IMG/VR virus record: IMGVR_UViG_3300010371_000001
Location: 38,274-102,273 of that record
Reading direction: 5' to 3' (one strand)
DNA length: 64,000 bases
Source of the DNA: a virus
Position numbers and translations under genes: made by a program. Position 1 is the stretch's first letter, and every line of letters starts with the position of its first letter. Shown here in pieces: positions 10,390 through 20,143 of the stretch. Below the pieces are notes generated by a model, which saw nothing but the letters and a program-made list of their open reading frames with translations, was not told where the DNA came from and did not search any database.

Positions 10390-10971
10390 ATGGCATCCGG
10401 CCCCAACACCCTCAACGTGCTGCAAAGCATTCAATATCGGATCTTCACTGAGGTGCTGGTCAGCAGTGCGTCACCCTTCACCTCGTGGGCGCTGACGCCC
10501 AACCCGGATAATCCTGGTAGCGTCAGTGACTATACGCGCTTTGGGACCAATCGACAGGGACAAGTGACGACCGCCATTTACATCGGCATGCCCAAAGTGC
10601 CGAACCCCAACTACCCCGTGCAATGCCATATCATTCCGCCGTTTCAAGAGCAAATCTATCGCAAAAGCATGGGCGGCAAGGTCTTCGATGAGCAATCCAT
10701 CTACATTCGTTTCCTCTCGCTCAACGTGGGCGACTGGTATGATAATCAGATTTCCATGATGGCCCTACGTGATGTGGCTGTTCCCATGATTCAGCGCCAT
10801 GCCGAAATGCCAGGAGGCATCGCCACCACCGCCAGCAAAGAGATGCCTGGGGGCAATGGCATGCCCACGGGCTACAACCGTGTGGAAGTCATTGGCCGCG
10901 AGTGGGACACGTGGGGTTTTGTGTGGTGGGTGCGCCAGGAGTACACCCTTACAGATGGGTTTGTGACGTAG
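10390..10971 (+). CDS. Putative tail terminator protein
   Basis: Position between the gp10-like gene and the tail tube; size fits. Confidence 0.5.
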   Translation: MASGPNTLNVLQSIQYRIFTEVLVSSASPFTSWALTPNPDNPGSVSDYTRFGTNRQGQVTTAIYIGMPKVPNPNYPVQCHIIPPFQEQIYRKSMGGKVFDEQSIYIRFLSLNVGDWYDNQISMMALRDVAVPMIQRHAEMPGGIATTASKEMPGGNGMPTGYNRVEVIGREWDTWGFVWWVRQEYTLTDGFVT

Positions 10972-11094
10972 CCCCTCTATCTTTTATGCACGCCAACATG
11001 GCGTTGTAGCGACGCCCATCCATGATGGTTTCCCCTTCACGTGGCGCAACAATCTCCCATCTTCACCGAAAACCTTAACCCCACGAGGTATCCC

Positions 11095-11373
11095 ATGCCC
11101 AAATCCCCCAAAGCGGATGCGCCTCTCGTATCCGCTGAACCCCTTGCGCCTGCCCCCATCCTCATCCCCATTGCTGGCGGCGATTCCCGTCTCCCGCAGG
11201 GGCTGCATCTGGGCGAGGGCGTCTGGTACGCCGAAGAACTGCCTGATGGCCGCATTGTGCCGCAGGGGCTGCCCCCAGCGGTTATCGCCGCCTTCTATCC
11301 CGATCTTGTTCCCCTTGCCTCACCTACCCCGGCGGACCCCTTGCCGCCGCCACCATCCGTCGAGGAGTTATAA
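11095..11373 (+). CDS. Pro-rich hypothetical protein
   Basis: GAGGT RBS before ATG 11095; abuts the tail tube gene. Confidence 0.5.
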   Translation: MPKSPKADAPLVSAEPLAPAPILIPIAGGDSRLPQGLHLGEGVWYAEELPDGRIVPQGLPPAVIAAFYPDLVPLASPTPADPLPPPPSVEEL

Positions 11374-11376
11374 CCG

Positions 11377-13017
11377 ATGGCCTCCACCCCTAAGGGCTAT
11401 AGTGGGGTGGCGCTTGAGAACACGTCTGGAATCCAGCAGTTGCTCAGCGCCACCGCCGTCTCTAGCTTGCCCGTCTCCCTCACCAGCAGCACGGCGCTCA
11501 CTGCTGCCACGACTGGCATGCACCTGCTGATCCGCGCCTACAACCATACGGCCACCGGCACCATCACCGTCGCTGGGACTGCCGTCAATTCCTTGGCGGT
11601 GGTCAGTGAGACCACCACTACCATTCCCATCTTGGAAAACCCCGGCAACTACGCCGATTACGTCACCAGTGCCGTGTATGGTGCGGTGAATGCCTCTGGC
11701 GTGACACTGGGTGGCGGTCTCACGAATGGCTCCATCACCATCTATGGCATCCAGGCTGCTAAACGCATGGTGTTGGGCGAGTTCAAGCTGGTGGACAAAC
11801 GCCAGGAGCATGTGGTCCCGACACAGCGCGGCGACTTCTCCGAAAGTCACATCCCCAGCCTGCCCTTGGCGGATGACCCGGAGTGGGAATACCAGGCGGA
11901 CCTCTGGCCAGATTCATCCAGCTTCATTTTCACCACAGGCATCAACGCATCGCCCACCACCACCGCCATCCCGGCGAGTCCCGTGGCAATCCTGGGCGCA
12001 ACCAGCGTCACCACCTCTGGCACCGTTTCGGCATCGCTACAACCCACGACCCCTGGCATGATCCTCGTCATTGCCCTCACGGGCTCCCCCACGACCGCGC
12101 AAACCGTGTCGGTAACAGGAACGAACGTGTATGGCGAGCCGGTCACCGAAGTGGTTGTCTCCAGCACCAAGACCACAGGCACGTGGTACAGCTACAACAC
12201 GTTCGCCAGCATCGCCAGTAATGGCATCGCCTACGGCGCATTCGGCGGTACGGGGTCCATCACCGTCAATGGCCAGTTCCTCTGGCAACTCTCGGCCAAT
12301 ACGAGCGACGCCACCCTCAACTCGTTTGCTGCCTGTCAGTACGATGGCATCGGCTCATATGTCGCCCCAGACTGCATCACGGACTCGTGGGAACTGCAAT
12401 GGGGCGAGGACAAAGAGGCCAAAATCAGCGCCAAGGGCAAATGCCAGGCGGTGCTGAACGTCGGCAATTTTGCCACATCCACCAGTCAGGTACCCGCCCT
12501 CACCAATCCGCTGGATGAGGCGATCACCGGCTGGCGTGGCTTGGTATTCATTGATGCCATCAGTGGCACGCCTGGCACCACGTCATTTGGCACCGCCATC
12601 GAGGGCAAGATCGCCTGCGCGCTGAAGCAGAAGACGACGCACACGAGTGCCTGGAACCCCCCGGCGCGCTGGTTCAGCAAGGTGGACAGGGGCCGCCGTG
12701 AGGTGATGGTCGAACTCAAAGTTTACATGGATGCCACGACCTATCAGAATGAGTACGCCCAGGCCTGGAAACGCGGCACCCGTCGCCTCATCCAGATCCA
12801 GTTGCAGGGACTCAACGCGATGGGAACCAGCAGCGGCACCACCTACTCCCCTGGCTACACCTTCAATATGCCCGTGCGCTGGGTGGAAGATCCCACCCGT
12901 GAGTTCACGCTCTCCCAGGAGTTTGTGACGCTGACCTTGAAGGGCCGCGCCTACTATGATCCAGGGCTGGGCTATGACCTCAACGTCACACTCAACAGCC
13001 GCTACCAGGCGTGGTAG
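11377..13017 (+). CDS. Major tail (tube) protein with accessory beta domains
   Basis: 546 aa in the canonical position before the chaperones and tape measure; C-terminal tube-like pattern (GRREVMVELKVY..LTLKGRAYYD). Confidence 0.7.
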   Translation: MASTPKGYSGVALENTSGIQQLLSATAVSSLPVSLTSSTALTAATTGMHLLIRAYNHTATGTITVAGTAVNSLAVVSETTTTIPILENPGNYADYVTSAVYGAVNASGVTLGGGLTNGSITIYGIQAAKRMVLGEFKLVDKRQEHVVPTQRGDFSESHIPSLPLADDPEWEYQADLWPDSSSFIFTTGINASPTTTAIPASPVAILGATSVTTSGTVSASLQPTTPGMILVIALTGSPTTAQTVSVTGTNVYGEPVTEVVVSSTKTTGTWYSYNTFASIASNGIAYGAFGGTGSITVNGQFLWQLSANTSDATLNSFAACQYDGIGSYVAPDCITDSWELQWGEDKEAKISAKGKCQAVLNVGNFATSTSQVPALTNPLDEAITGWRGLVFIDAISGTPGTTSFGTAIEGKIACALKQKTTHTSAWNPPARWFSKVDRGRREVMVELKVYMDATTYQNEYAQAWKRGTRRLIQIQLQGLNAMGTSSGTTYSPGYTFNMPVRWVEDPTREFTLSQEFVTLTLKGRAYYDPGLGYDLNVTLNSRYQAW

Positions 13018-13089
13018 CACGTCAACCATTCACCCCGCCCTGTGAAGGCGTACAGCGCCTCACAGGGCCATTCGAGAGAGGAAACCCGC

Positions 13090-13680
13090 ATGCCCCGCAG
13101 TTATACCAGCAATGACGAAACCCGTGAGAAGAAGATTCTGCATGCGCCCTGGTGGTCGGACACGTTCACTACTGACGGCAATCCCAATAGCCCGGAATGC
13201 GACGAAGAGCAGGGCGGCATCCCTGTTGAACGCTGCGTCGTGTTTGCCCGGCGTCTGCACATTGATGATGAAGCCGTAAATCGGCGTGTCTTTGGCACGA
13301 TGGAAGCCCCCAAGCCGGGGCAGAAGATCGACACGAGCATGACGGCGAAGACGCCCACCTACCTCATGCAGCAGATGATCGTGGAACTCACTGATGATGA
13401 GGGCCATCCCGCCCCCATGTTGAATATTATTGGCAAGCGTCCCCTGCTCAGTGAAGCGTTCATCAAAGGGATGGATAAGCGCGACACGGACTACATCATC
13501 CAGCAACTCGACGCCCTCAATGAGGCTCCGGTGCCAGTGACGGAAAGGGATGAGGAAGAGGCTGCCAAGCGCAATGCCGCACGGCAAGACAAACTCGACC
13601 GCGGCTTCCCAGGGGCGCGGATTGATCCCCCGGTCTCACCGGAGGAAATCGCCCAGGACGACTTTCGCACGTATCGCTAA
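13090..13680 (+). CDS. Tail assembly chaperone (gpG-like)
   Basis: GAGGA RBS; follows the tail tube; overlapped by a second ORF in the +1 frame. Confidence 0.65.
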   Translation: MPRSYTSNDETREKKILHAPWWSDTFTTDGNPNSPECDEEQGGIPVERCVVFARRLHIDDEAVNRRVFGTMEAPKPGQKIDTSMTAKTPTYLMQQMIVELTDDEGHPAPMLNIIGKRPLLSEAFIKGMDKRDTDYIIQQLDALNEAPVPVTERDEEEAAKRNAARQDKLDRGFPGARIDPPVSPEEIAQDDFRTYR

Positions 13681-13960
13681 GGCGCTCTTCGCCGGAACCT
13701 CCCTTGGCCCGCCTGGTTCCAGTGCGCGAAGTGATCCGCGCGTCACGTTCGTCATGCAGTCACTCAGGGAGTGGCAGTATCTGATTGAGATGGGGACGGA
13801 TTATTGGCTCCTGCATGACGAGCCGCCCACCTCCGCCTACCTCTGGCGACTCCACGCGCTGCAATGCGCGCATAATGCCGCCGAAGCAGATGCCATGAGC
13901 AAGGCCAGGCCTGACACGGACTCCGCTGGCAATGCCCGCACCACCACCTCGCGCTCCTGA
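13664..13960 (+). CDS. Tail assembly chaperone extension (gpT-like), probably reached by frameshift
   Basis: The +1 frame is open from 13550 to 13960 across the chaperone stop. The internal ATG at 13754 lacks a Shine-Dalgarno sequence. Confidence 0.5.
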   Translation, partial: FARIAKALFAGTSLGPPGSSARSDPRVTFVMQSLREWQYLIEMGTDYWLLHDEPPTSAYLWRLHALQCAHNAAEADAMSKARPDTDSAGNARTTTSRS

Positions 13961-13969
13961 GGTTTCCCC

Positions 13970-15631
13970 ATGCCCACCTCATCCCTCACCACGCTGGCCT
14001 GTCGCCTCGCCGCCATTCGCATCGACCTGCGCGCCATGCAGCGGGTGCAGATGGCCGAGGCGTTGCGCAACTACGAATATTGGGTGCAGACTGCCAATGG
14101 TGGCGAGGTGGAGCACGAGGTCACAACGGGCGCAGGTGGCAAATGGATCGCCAATGAGGTTATCGCCACCATTGGCGGCGCAGGCAAAAGCGCATGGGAG
14201 GGCGTGACGCATCACAGCGCGAAGGCCAGTAGCAAGGCTGGTGGATTGAAAGGCGAGAGCGCGCCCAAGGCCGCCACACCTCGCAAGACACCCGAACAGA
14301 AGGCGTCTGAACACGCCGCGCAGATTCATCAGGCGCTGGAAGACTGGAAAAGCGGGCGTGCCTATTACGGTAAGGGCAACTATCGCATCCACGTAGGTGA
14401 TGAGAAGTTCCTCGGCAAGTTTACCGGCAAGAGCGTGATGGCCTCCTGGAACAAGGCAGCGAAACTGGAATTCCCCGATGTGGATGCGCTCCATCGTGCT
14501 GCGCATGAGCCAAACTATACGCCGAAAGTGGATTTTAGCCGACCAGCGAAAGGCGCAGGGAAGGCCACTGGAAGCAAATCGACCGCGACACCGAACCGTG
14601 ATGTAGAGATCGCCGCTGGCATCGCCGCTCAGCGCGCCTATCGGGACGCCACCGCCCAACGTGACCAGATCTTGCGTGACATGGAGCAAGGGCGACGTAC
14701 CCATCCATACGATACCAACTTCACGACGCGCTACAAGGCGGAGCATGGCTTTGCCGACATCGTAGCGAAACGACGCCAGGCAGCGGCGGCGGCGGATAAA
14801 GTTGCCAAGACACTCACACATGAAGAGCGTCAACGTCTCTATGACGAGATGCACCAGCACACCGAACAAGCGCCTCGCTCATCTTCCCGCGAAGAACAGC
14901 ATCATCATTATGAAGAAGCATTCGCACGCGGGGATTTGCTAGCACGGCAGAAGAATTTGCCAAGCGAATCACCGCCCAAGGGCAGCAGCACGAAGGCGAC
15001 GGGCGGCGGAAAGAAGGCGGGGGCGGGGGCGGCGAAAACCCAAGACAATCTCTATGGCACCGCTAAGAATGTCACGCTCCCCAAGAGCCGCAAAGGTGAA
15101 ACGATCTACGATTCACCGATGCTACCACTATTCCTGCACGAGATCCAGGATAATCCGAGGAGTAAGATCGGCGATGGCGCGGTGCTCGTCACGTTCCCCA
15201 AGGATGTCAGCAAGATCTTCGCAACGGCGGGCAACATTGAGAAGGACCGCGAACTCCAAGCAGCAGAACAAACACGGCGTGATGCCAGTCCCGTCTATCG
15301 CGACCTGCGGGAACGCGGCGAAGTCACCTATTATAACGCCAACGGCACTAATCAGGAGAACGCATACATCACTATCCGCTATCGCTATGATATGCAGCAC
15401 CGCATCCCAGTGTACGATGTATTCATGGGTGACAGCACACAACCTGCCAAGGATTTTGCCAACCTCCTGTGGACGCCCGATCAGGCATTGCGATTCATTC
15501 AGGATACATCTATCCCCAATTTGCGCACCGACCGCGCCACCACCCCCGACCTCACCGCATTAGCCGAGCGCGTGGTAGCAGTACATGCGCAGATGGCGCG
15601 AATACGGCGGCGGGATGGCGGCGAGGGCTAG
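13970..15631 (+). CDS. Second modular (polyvalent-like) protein
   Basis: 553 aa with G/K linkers; WEGVTHHSAKA and a C-terminal DLTALAERV helix are similar to ORF <1..1801. Confidence 0.65.
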   Translation: MPTSSLTTLACRLAAIRIDLRAMQRVQMAEALRNYEYWVQTANGGEVEHEVTTGAGGKWIANEVIATIGGAGKSAWEGVTHHSAKASSKAGGLKGESAPKAATPRKTPEQKASEHAAQIHQALEDWKSGRAYYGKGNYRIHVGDEKFLGKFTGKSVMASWNKAAKLEFPDVDALHRAAHEPNYTPKVDFSRPAKGAGKATGSKSTATPNRDVEIAAGIAAQRAYRDATAQRDQILRDMEQGRRTHPYDTNFTTRYKAEHGFADIVAKRRQAAAAADKVAKTLTHEERQRLYDEMHQHTEQAPRSSSREEQHHHYEEAFARGDLLARQKNLPSESPPKGSSTKATGGGKKAGAGAAKTQDNLYGTAKNVTLPKSRKGETIYDSPMLPLFLHEIQDNPRSKIGDGAVLVTFPKDVSKIFATAGNIEKDRELQAAEQTRRDASPVYRDLRERGEVTYYNANGTNQENAYITIRYRYDMQHRIPVYDVFMGDSTQPAKDFANLLWTPDQALRFIQDTSIPNLRTDRATTPDLTALAERVVAVHAQMARIRRRDGGEG

Positions 15632-15633
15632 GG

Positions 15634-16593
15634 CTACGAGGCATCCTCCTCGAAGAGCATGGCTTGGGTGAGATGTGTGGATGGCTCTGACGAGACGGCA
15701 TATCCCTCAACTGTGATAATGCCTTCTTTGACGAAATGTCGTAAGCTGCGGTAAACGTTGTCTCGGCTCATGGAGTATCGTTCCATGAGCGACTTCACTG
15801 CCTTCATCAGAAGCACTGGCACATGCGGTACCCACCCCAATTCGTGCAATGCAGCAAGGACGGTTTCAAGCCGTTGCTGGCTACGTTGTCGCTGATAATT
15901 CTGCCCCGCTTCTAGGCGTGCCTGCTCATTCGCTGAGAGTTCACGCGGCTTCTGGGCAGTGCGCCGAGCCTCAGTCCATTGTACCCCTGATTTAGCACGA
16001 CTAATCTTCTCGCGGACTTCTGGCGGCTTGGGTCCCGTCTTCGCCCCACGCCGCCGCGCATAATAGGCTTCTCGTTCAGGTGTTTTACCACGCGCTTTGA
16101 TCGCCGCTGCGCGTTTGGCAATAAGTTCGGGGTCTTGTTTCTTGCCTAGTCGCGCTTCTAAAGATCGTGTACGTGCCAGCGGGGAGAAGGCACTGTTCTT
16201 CTGCGCCTCTCGCATTTTGGCGAGAGTCTCTGGTCGGGCCTTTACACCTAATCGACTACGACCAACAAAGAGGCAGAGATTGTAACGAGGCTTTCGCTCA
16301 TCAATGTACCACTGTTCGCGGTCATCTAATTTGCGTTTGTTATCCACCCACTCCAACACTTCCCAGCCAAACGCCTCAGCGCCATATTTATCCCAGGCTC
16401 TTTGTAAGTGAGCGGTGTTGATACCGAGGCGCAATTCACGCATATGTTTATGCCATCGATGCCGCAGATGGACCGCTTGGCCGATATATTCATCTTGCTG
16501 CTCGCCATCTAAACGGTAGATGTGGTAAATGCATGAATGCTTGAGTTCGTCGGGGGTGTATTGAGAGTACGGAAACTCTGCGTCACGGGGCAT
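15634..16593 (-). CDS. Free-standing GIY-YIG homing endonuclease with NUMOD3-like repeats
   Basis: CIYHI..EYIGQA..RW..H..LQRAWDKYG..F..EVLE..REQWYID..YN; basic PETLAKM and PEVREKIS repeats. Confidence 0.9.
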   Translation of the reverse strand: MPRDAEFPYSQYTPDELKHSCIYHIYRLDGEQQDEYIGQAVHLRHRWHKHMRELRLGINTAHLQRAWDKYGAEAFGWEVLEWVDNKRKLDDREQWYIDERKPRYNLCLFVGRSRLGVKARPETLAKMREAQKNSAFSPLARTRSLEARLGKKQDPELIAKRAAAIKARGKTPEREAYYARRRGAKTGPKPPEVREKISRAKSGVQWTEARRTAQKPRELSANEQARLEAGQNYQRQRSQQRLETVLAALHELGWVPHVPVLLMKAVKSLMERYSMSRDNVYRSLRHFVKEGIITVEGYAVSSEPSTHLTQAMLFEEDAS

Positions 16594-16630
16594 GTTCTTA
16601 GCTCCTACATGCTAATCCTACTCTTTGTGA

Positions 16631-16693
16631 GCCGTCAGGAGGGGTAGGAATCCCTCTTTTCAGGAAGTGCTGATCAGGCACCCCTTAGGCGGC
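16631..16693 (-). ncRNA. C4-like antisense RNA upstream of the GIY-YIG gene
   Basis: A closing stem GCCG/CGGC encloses two hairpins. Their loops (CUGAUC, UUCCUAC) are complementary to GAUUAG and two GUAGGA sites just downstream, one of which is the RBS. Confidence 0.6.
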
Positions 16694-16698
16694 ACTTC

Positions 16699-16707
16699 AG
16701 TATAGCA
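16699..16707 (-). promoter_or_regulatory. Extended -10 promoter (TGCTATACT) for the C4-like RNA and endonuclease
   Basis: TGnTATACT ends about 5 nt before the RNA 5' stem. Confidence 0.6.
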
Positions 16708-16739
16708 TTCTTTTTCCTGCTAAGCAGAAGCGGAAGTAC

Positions 16740-16772
16740 AAGCGCCATGGCCCAAAAGCTATGGCGCTTTTC
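16740..16772 (+). terminator. Terminator-like hairpin just upstream of the tape measure gene
   Basis: AAGCGCCATGG-N8-CTATGGCGCTT followed by TT. Confidence 0.4.
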
Positions 16773-16787
16773 GTTGGGAGACATCAT

Positions 16788-19700
16788 ATGGAAGGCGCCG
16801 GACAAGCACTCGTCTTAGCTGTATATATCCACGCCTATGACCAATTTTCCGGCATGATGCATAAGTTGGGGCTGGCTGGGATCGAGAATGCCAGCATCTT
16901 CCAGCATCTTCAAATGGGGGCGCTGGGAGTTGCGGCGGGCATCATCGCCATCGGTGCCGCTGCGAATCATTATGCATCCGATTTCCAAACACAGTTTGCC
17001 AGAATCACCGGCTTAACGGATAGTAATACCCAGCAGATCAGCTATTATCGCAACTCATTAATCCAACTGTCCGCCCAATATGACATGACAGCAAGCGATG
17101 CGGCGAAGGCACTGTACTTTATTATCTCTGCTGGCCTTGATCCGCTTGGAACTGCTATGCAGCAGGCGAAAGAAAACGTCGATGTTTTGCGCTACAGCAG
17201 TATGTCGGCAACCGCATCCTTGGCCGATCAGGCTGGGACGGCCTCGGCCATGACTGCGATGATGAAGGCGTACGCCGATTCCAACCTATCAGCCGCCGAT
17301 GCCGCAAATACGTTGACACGTATTGAACAACTTGGCAGCGCACAGCTTGGAAGTTTCACGTCCAGTCTTGGCTTTATGATGGTCACGGCACACGCAGCCG
17401 GGCTGACCGCCCATGAAGCCGCTGCTGCTCTAGCGAACCTCTCCCAAGTCTCAGGCAACCACGGGGTGAGGCGCATGGCGAATGACCTCGACAACCTCAT
17501 GCGCTCGCTTCTTTCTGTTGATGATGTCGCCAAGCGTTCCGGCGCGCAACTCAAAGCAATGGGCATCGATGATGTCCAAACCTTCCAGACGATCAATACG
17601 CGCGCAACCGACATGGGGTTGACATTTAACAAGCTGACATATAGTTCGCTCGACTTCATGGGCAAGTTGAAATATTTAGCCCAACTATCAGGCTTCTCGG
17701 CGAACCAATATAATACCAGCCGCGAAGCTATGATCGCCAAGCAGGCGTCACTTATTGAAGGTACCAAGGGCGAGGCTGCCGCAACGGCATGGCTCAACTT
17801 GCAAAACAACGAGGGTGCCGCCCGATTCATGAAAATGGTCGGTGGTGCTGCCGCATTCATCCCCGCTTTAACGCTGCTCACTAGCCACGGTGCTGAATAT
17901 ACCAAGATTCTTGGGCAGATGAACTCCAAGACGGATATCGTCGTCAACGCCTTCAACAATATGCGTAACACCGCCAACCAGCAGTGGAAGATGATGGAGA
18001 TCGGCGTCCAGAACCTGCTGGTGGTCATCGGCCTGCAACTGCTTCCGGTCCTGCAAGGCTTCTACCACTGGATCTACGAAATCACCAACGCGATGATCCG
18101 GTGGTTGCAAAACACTGGCAATATGGAGGCGTTCAAGTATGCCCTCCTGGGCATCGCCATCGTCGTCGGCACGATCCTGCTGCCCGCAATGGTCCGGCTG
18201 GCACTGGCCTTTGTCACGAATCCCGTTGGCATCGCCATGATGGCTATCGTGGCTGCGGGCATCCTCCTCGGCAAAGTCTTGCAATCGCATCCAGAGATCA
18301 TCAAGAAAGTGCAACAGGCACTGGGCGGTCTGATGGATACGGTAGGCAAGGTCATCGGCGTTTTCCACACGCTGGGTGACATGATTTCCGGCAGCACCAA
18401 ATCGGCGGCAGATGCGGCAGCGGTGCATGCGACGCAGATGCGGCTCACGGTCGTTGACCAGTCCATTAAGATGCAGCAAGACTCCGTGCAACATCTCCAA
18501 CTAATGCGCATGGGGATCTCGACGCAGTTAGCACTCACACACAGCGAGGCGGGGCGTCACGCATTGGAAACGCGCCTGGCCGTCGTGAATCACCTGATCG
18601 CCATGCGCGAGAAATCAGTAGTGGAAGCGGAAAAGATGCGTGCTGGGGTACAGTCGCATCTCAAGGCGCTGACGCATGACAGTCGCACGGCGCTGGGGCC
18701 ACTACCAACGGCCATCAACGCCATCGGCAGCGCCATCAGCACGACGCTGAGCAAGTTTATGCAATTCGCCAATTGGGTGCGCGGCAATGAGACCGCATTC
18801 ACCGCATTCAAGGCGATTATGCTGGCACTCGCCATCGCCATCGGCATCAATCTTGTCGGCGCGGTCATCTCAGCCATTCCCATCGTGCTGGCCTATGCAG
18901 CCGCCCTGTGGTCGGCTGCCATCGCCGCCCTCATCGCCGAGGGTCCAGTCATTCTCCTGGTCGCCGCCATCGCCCTCCTCGTTTTCGGCATCATGGAACT
19001 GGTGCAGCATTGGACGCAGGTGAAGGCGTTCTTCGCCAATATCGCCGCAGCAGTTGGCGGTTTCTTCTCCTGGTTGGGTGGGCATGTCCACGATGCACTG
19101 GGCAAAGTCGGCCAATTCTTTCAAGCGGGCTTTGATAAGCTGGGACAGATCGTTCACTGGTTCACCACACTCACGCCGCAGAAGATCGCCTACATGGTCG
19201 GTTATGCGTTGGGGTTCCTGCTGGGGTTGCCGGTACGCGGGGCTATCATTGTGTGGCAGTTCGTGCAGCGCGCCGCAGGATTCATTGCATGGCTGTGGCA
19301 CGAAGCACCCGGTTTCATCGCGCGTATGGCTGTGGCCATTGTGACATGGCTCCTGCACATGAAGGATGAGGCGATCAAACACATCAGCGCCTTCGCCGTG
19401 GCGGCAGTCGCTGAATTAGTCAAACTCTGGCATGAGGCACCGGGCTTCATCCTGAAAATGGCCATCGGCATTGTCGCCTGGCTGATTAAGCTGAAGGACG
19501 ATGCCTGGCAGAAAATCAAGGACGTGACGGCGGCGATCTGGAGTGAACTGCAAAAGCTGCCAGGGCAAGCATTACAAGCAGCCAAGGATTTTATCTCCGG
19601 CATCGTCAACGGTATCAAAAACGGTGCGGGCGCGGTTGTCAACGCGATCAAAAATATGGCAGGCGGTATGGTGGATGGCTTCAAGAATGCCCTCGGCATC

Positions 19701-20078
19701 CACAGCCCCTCCACCGTCATGTTCCAGCATGGCGTCAATCTCGTCCAGGGCTTGATCAACGGCTTCCGTAGCATCAACCTGGCTTCGGCCTGGATGCAGC
19801 ACACGGCGGCCCTGGCCAGCCCCATCACGGCGGGAGGCTTTGCTGGTGCTGGGCATGGGGTCGGCGGGAGTGTGCCAGGGGGTGCCATCGGCGGGTTACG
19901 GTTGGCCAATGGTGGAGGTGGCAATACCACGCACAACTGGACACTCAACTTCCCCAATGCGCGTGACCACAACGAGATCAAGAAGGCCATCCTCGATTCA
20001 CAGCAGGAAGTCTACCGACGCTCGCGTCGCCCCGGTGGCTATGGCGGGTTCGGCTCCGATTATACCAGCGACTCCTAG
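16788..20078 (+). CDS. Tape measure protein
   Basis: About 1100 aa, helical and Ala-rich, with a TP901-like core, hydrophobic segments, W-spaced repeats and a C-terminal LGIHSPS motif; GGGAG RBS. Confidence 0.9.
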   Translation: MEGAGQALVLAVYIHAYDQFSGMMHKLGLAGIENASIFQHLQMGALGVAAGIIAIGAAANHYASDFQTQFARITGLTDSNTQQISYYRNSLIQLSAQYDMTASDAAKALYFIISAGLDPLGTAMQQAKENVDVLRYSSMSATASLADQAGTASAMTAMMKAYADSNLSAADAANTLTRIEQLGSAQLGSFTSSLGFMMVTAHAAGLTAHEAAAALANLSQVSGNHGVRRMANDLDNLMRSLLSVDDVAKRSGAQLKAMGIDDVQTFQTINTRATDMGLTFNKLTYSSLDFMGKLKYLAQLSGFSANQYNTSREAMIAKQASLIEGTKGEAAATAWLNLQNNEGAARFMKMVGGAAAFIPALTLLTSHGAEYTKILGQMNSKTDIVVNAFNNMRNTANQQWKMMEIGVQNLLVVIGLQLLPVLQGFYHWIYEITNAMIRWLQNTGNMEAFKYALLGIAIVVGTILLPAMVRLALAFVTNPVGIAMMAIVAAGILLGKVLQSHPEIIKKVQQALGGLMDTVGKVIGVFHTLGDMISGSTKSAADAAAVHATQMRLTVVDQSIKMQQDSVQHLQLMRMGISTQLALTHSEAGRHALETRLAVVNHLIAMREKSVVEAEKMRAGVQSHLKALTHDSRTALGPLPTAINAIGSAISTTLSKFMQFANWVRGNETAFTAFKAIMLALAIAIGINLVGAVISAIPIVLAYAAALWSAAIAALIAEGPVILLVAAIALLVFGIMELVQHWTQVKAFFANIAAAVGGFFSWLGGHVHDALGKVGQFFQAGFDKLGQIVHWFTTLTPQKIAYMVGYALGFLLGLPVRGAIIVWQFVQRAAGFIAWLWHEAPGFIARMAVAIVTWLLHMKDEAIKHISAFAVAAVAELVKLWHEAPGFILKMAIGIVAWLIKLKDDAWQKIKDVTAAIWSELQKLPGQALQAAKDFISGIVNGIKNGAGAVVNAIKNMAGGMVDGFKNALGIHSPSTVMFQHGVNLVQGLINGFRSINLASAWMQHTAALASPITAGGFAGAGHGVGGSVPGGAIGGLRLANGGGGNTTHNWTLNFPNARDHNEIKKAILDSQQEVYRRSRRPGGYGGFGSDYTSDS

Positions 20079-20143
20079 CCGATAAGTGACATGTGATTCA
20101 TATGTCACTTATCGATGTTCACATTCTCCCGACGAGGTTCCAC

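Noticed and set aside
15634-16790. Group I intron housing the GIY-YIG gene
   Set aside because: The ORF is antisense and intergenic, no host gene is interrupted, and I recognised no P/Q/R/S core.
2064-19990. Long antisense ORFs (e.g. 2064..3035, 6517..7659, 7931..8842, 13979..14869, 17228..18028, 19202..19990)
   Set aside because: These are shadow frames of GC-rich structural genes, with no RBS or recognisable motifs.
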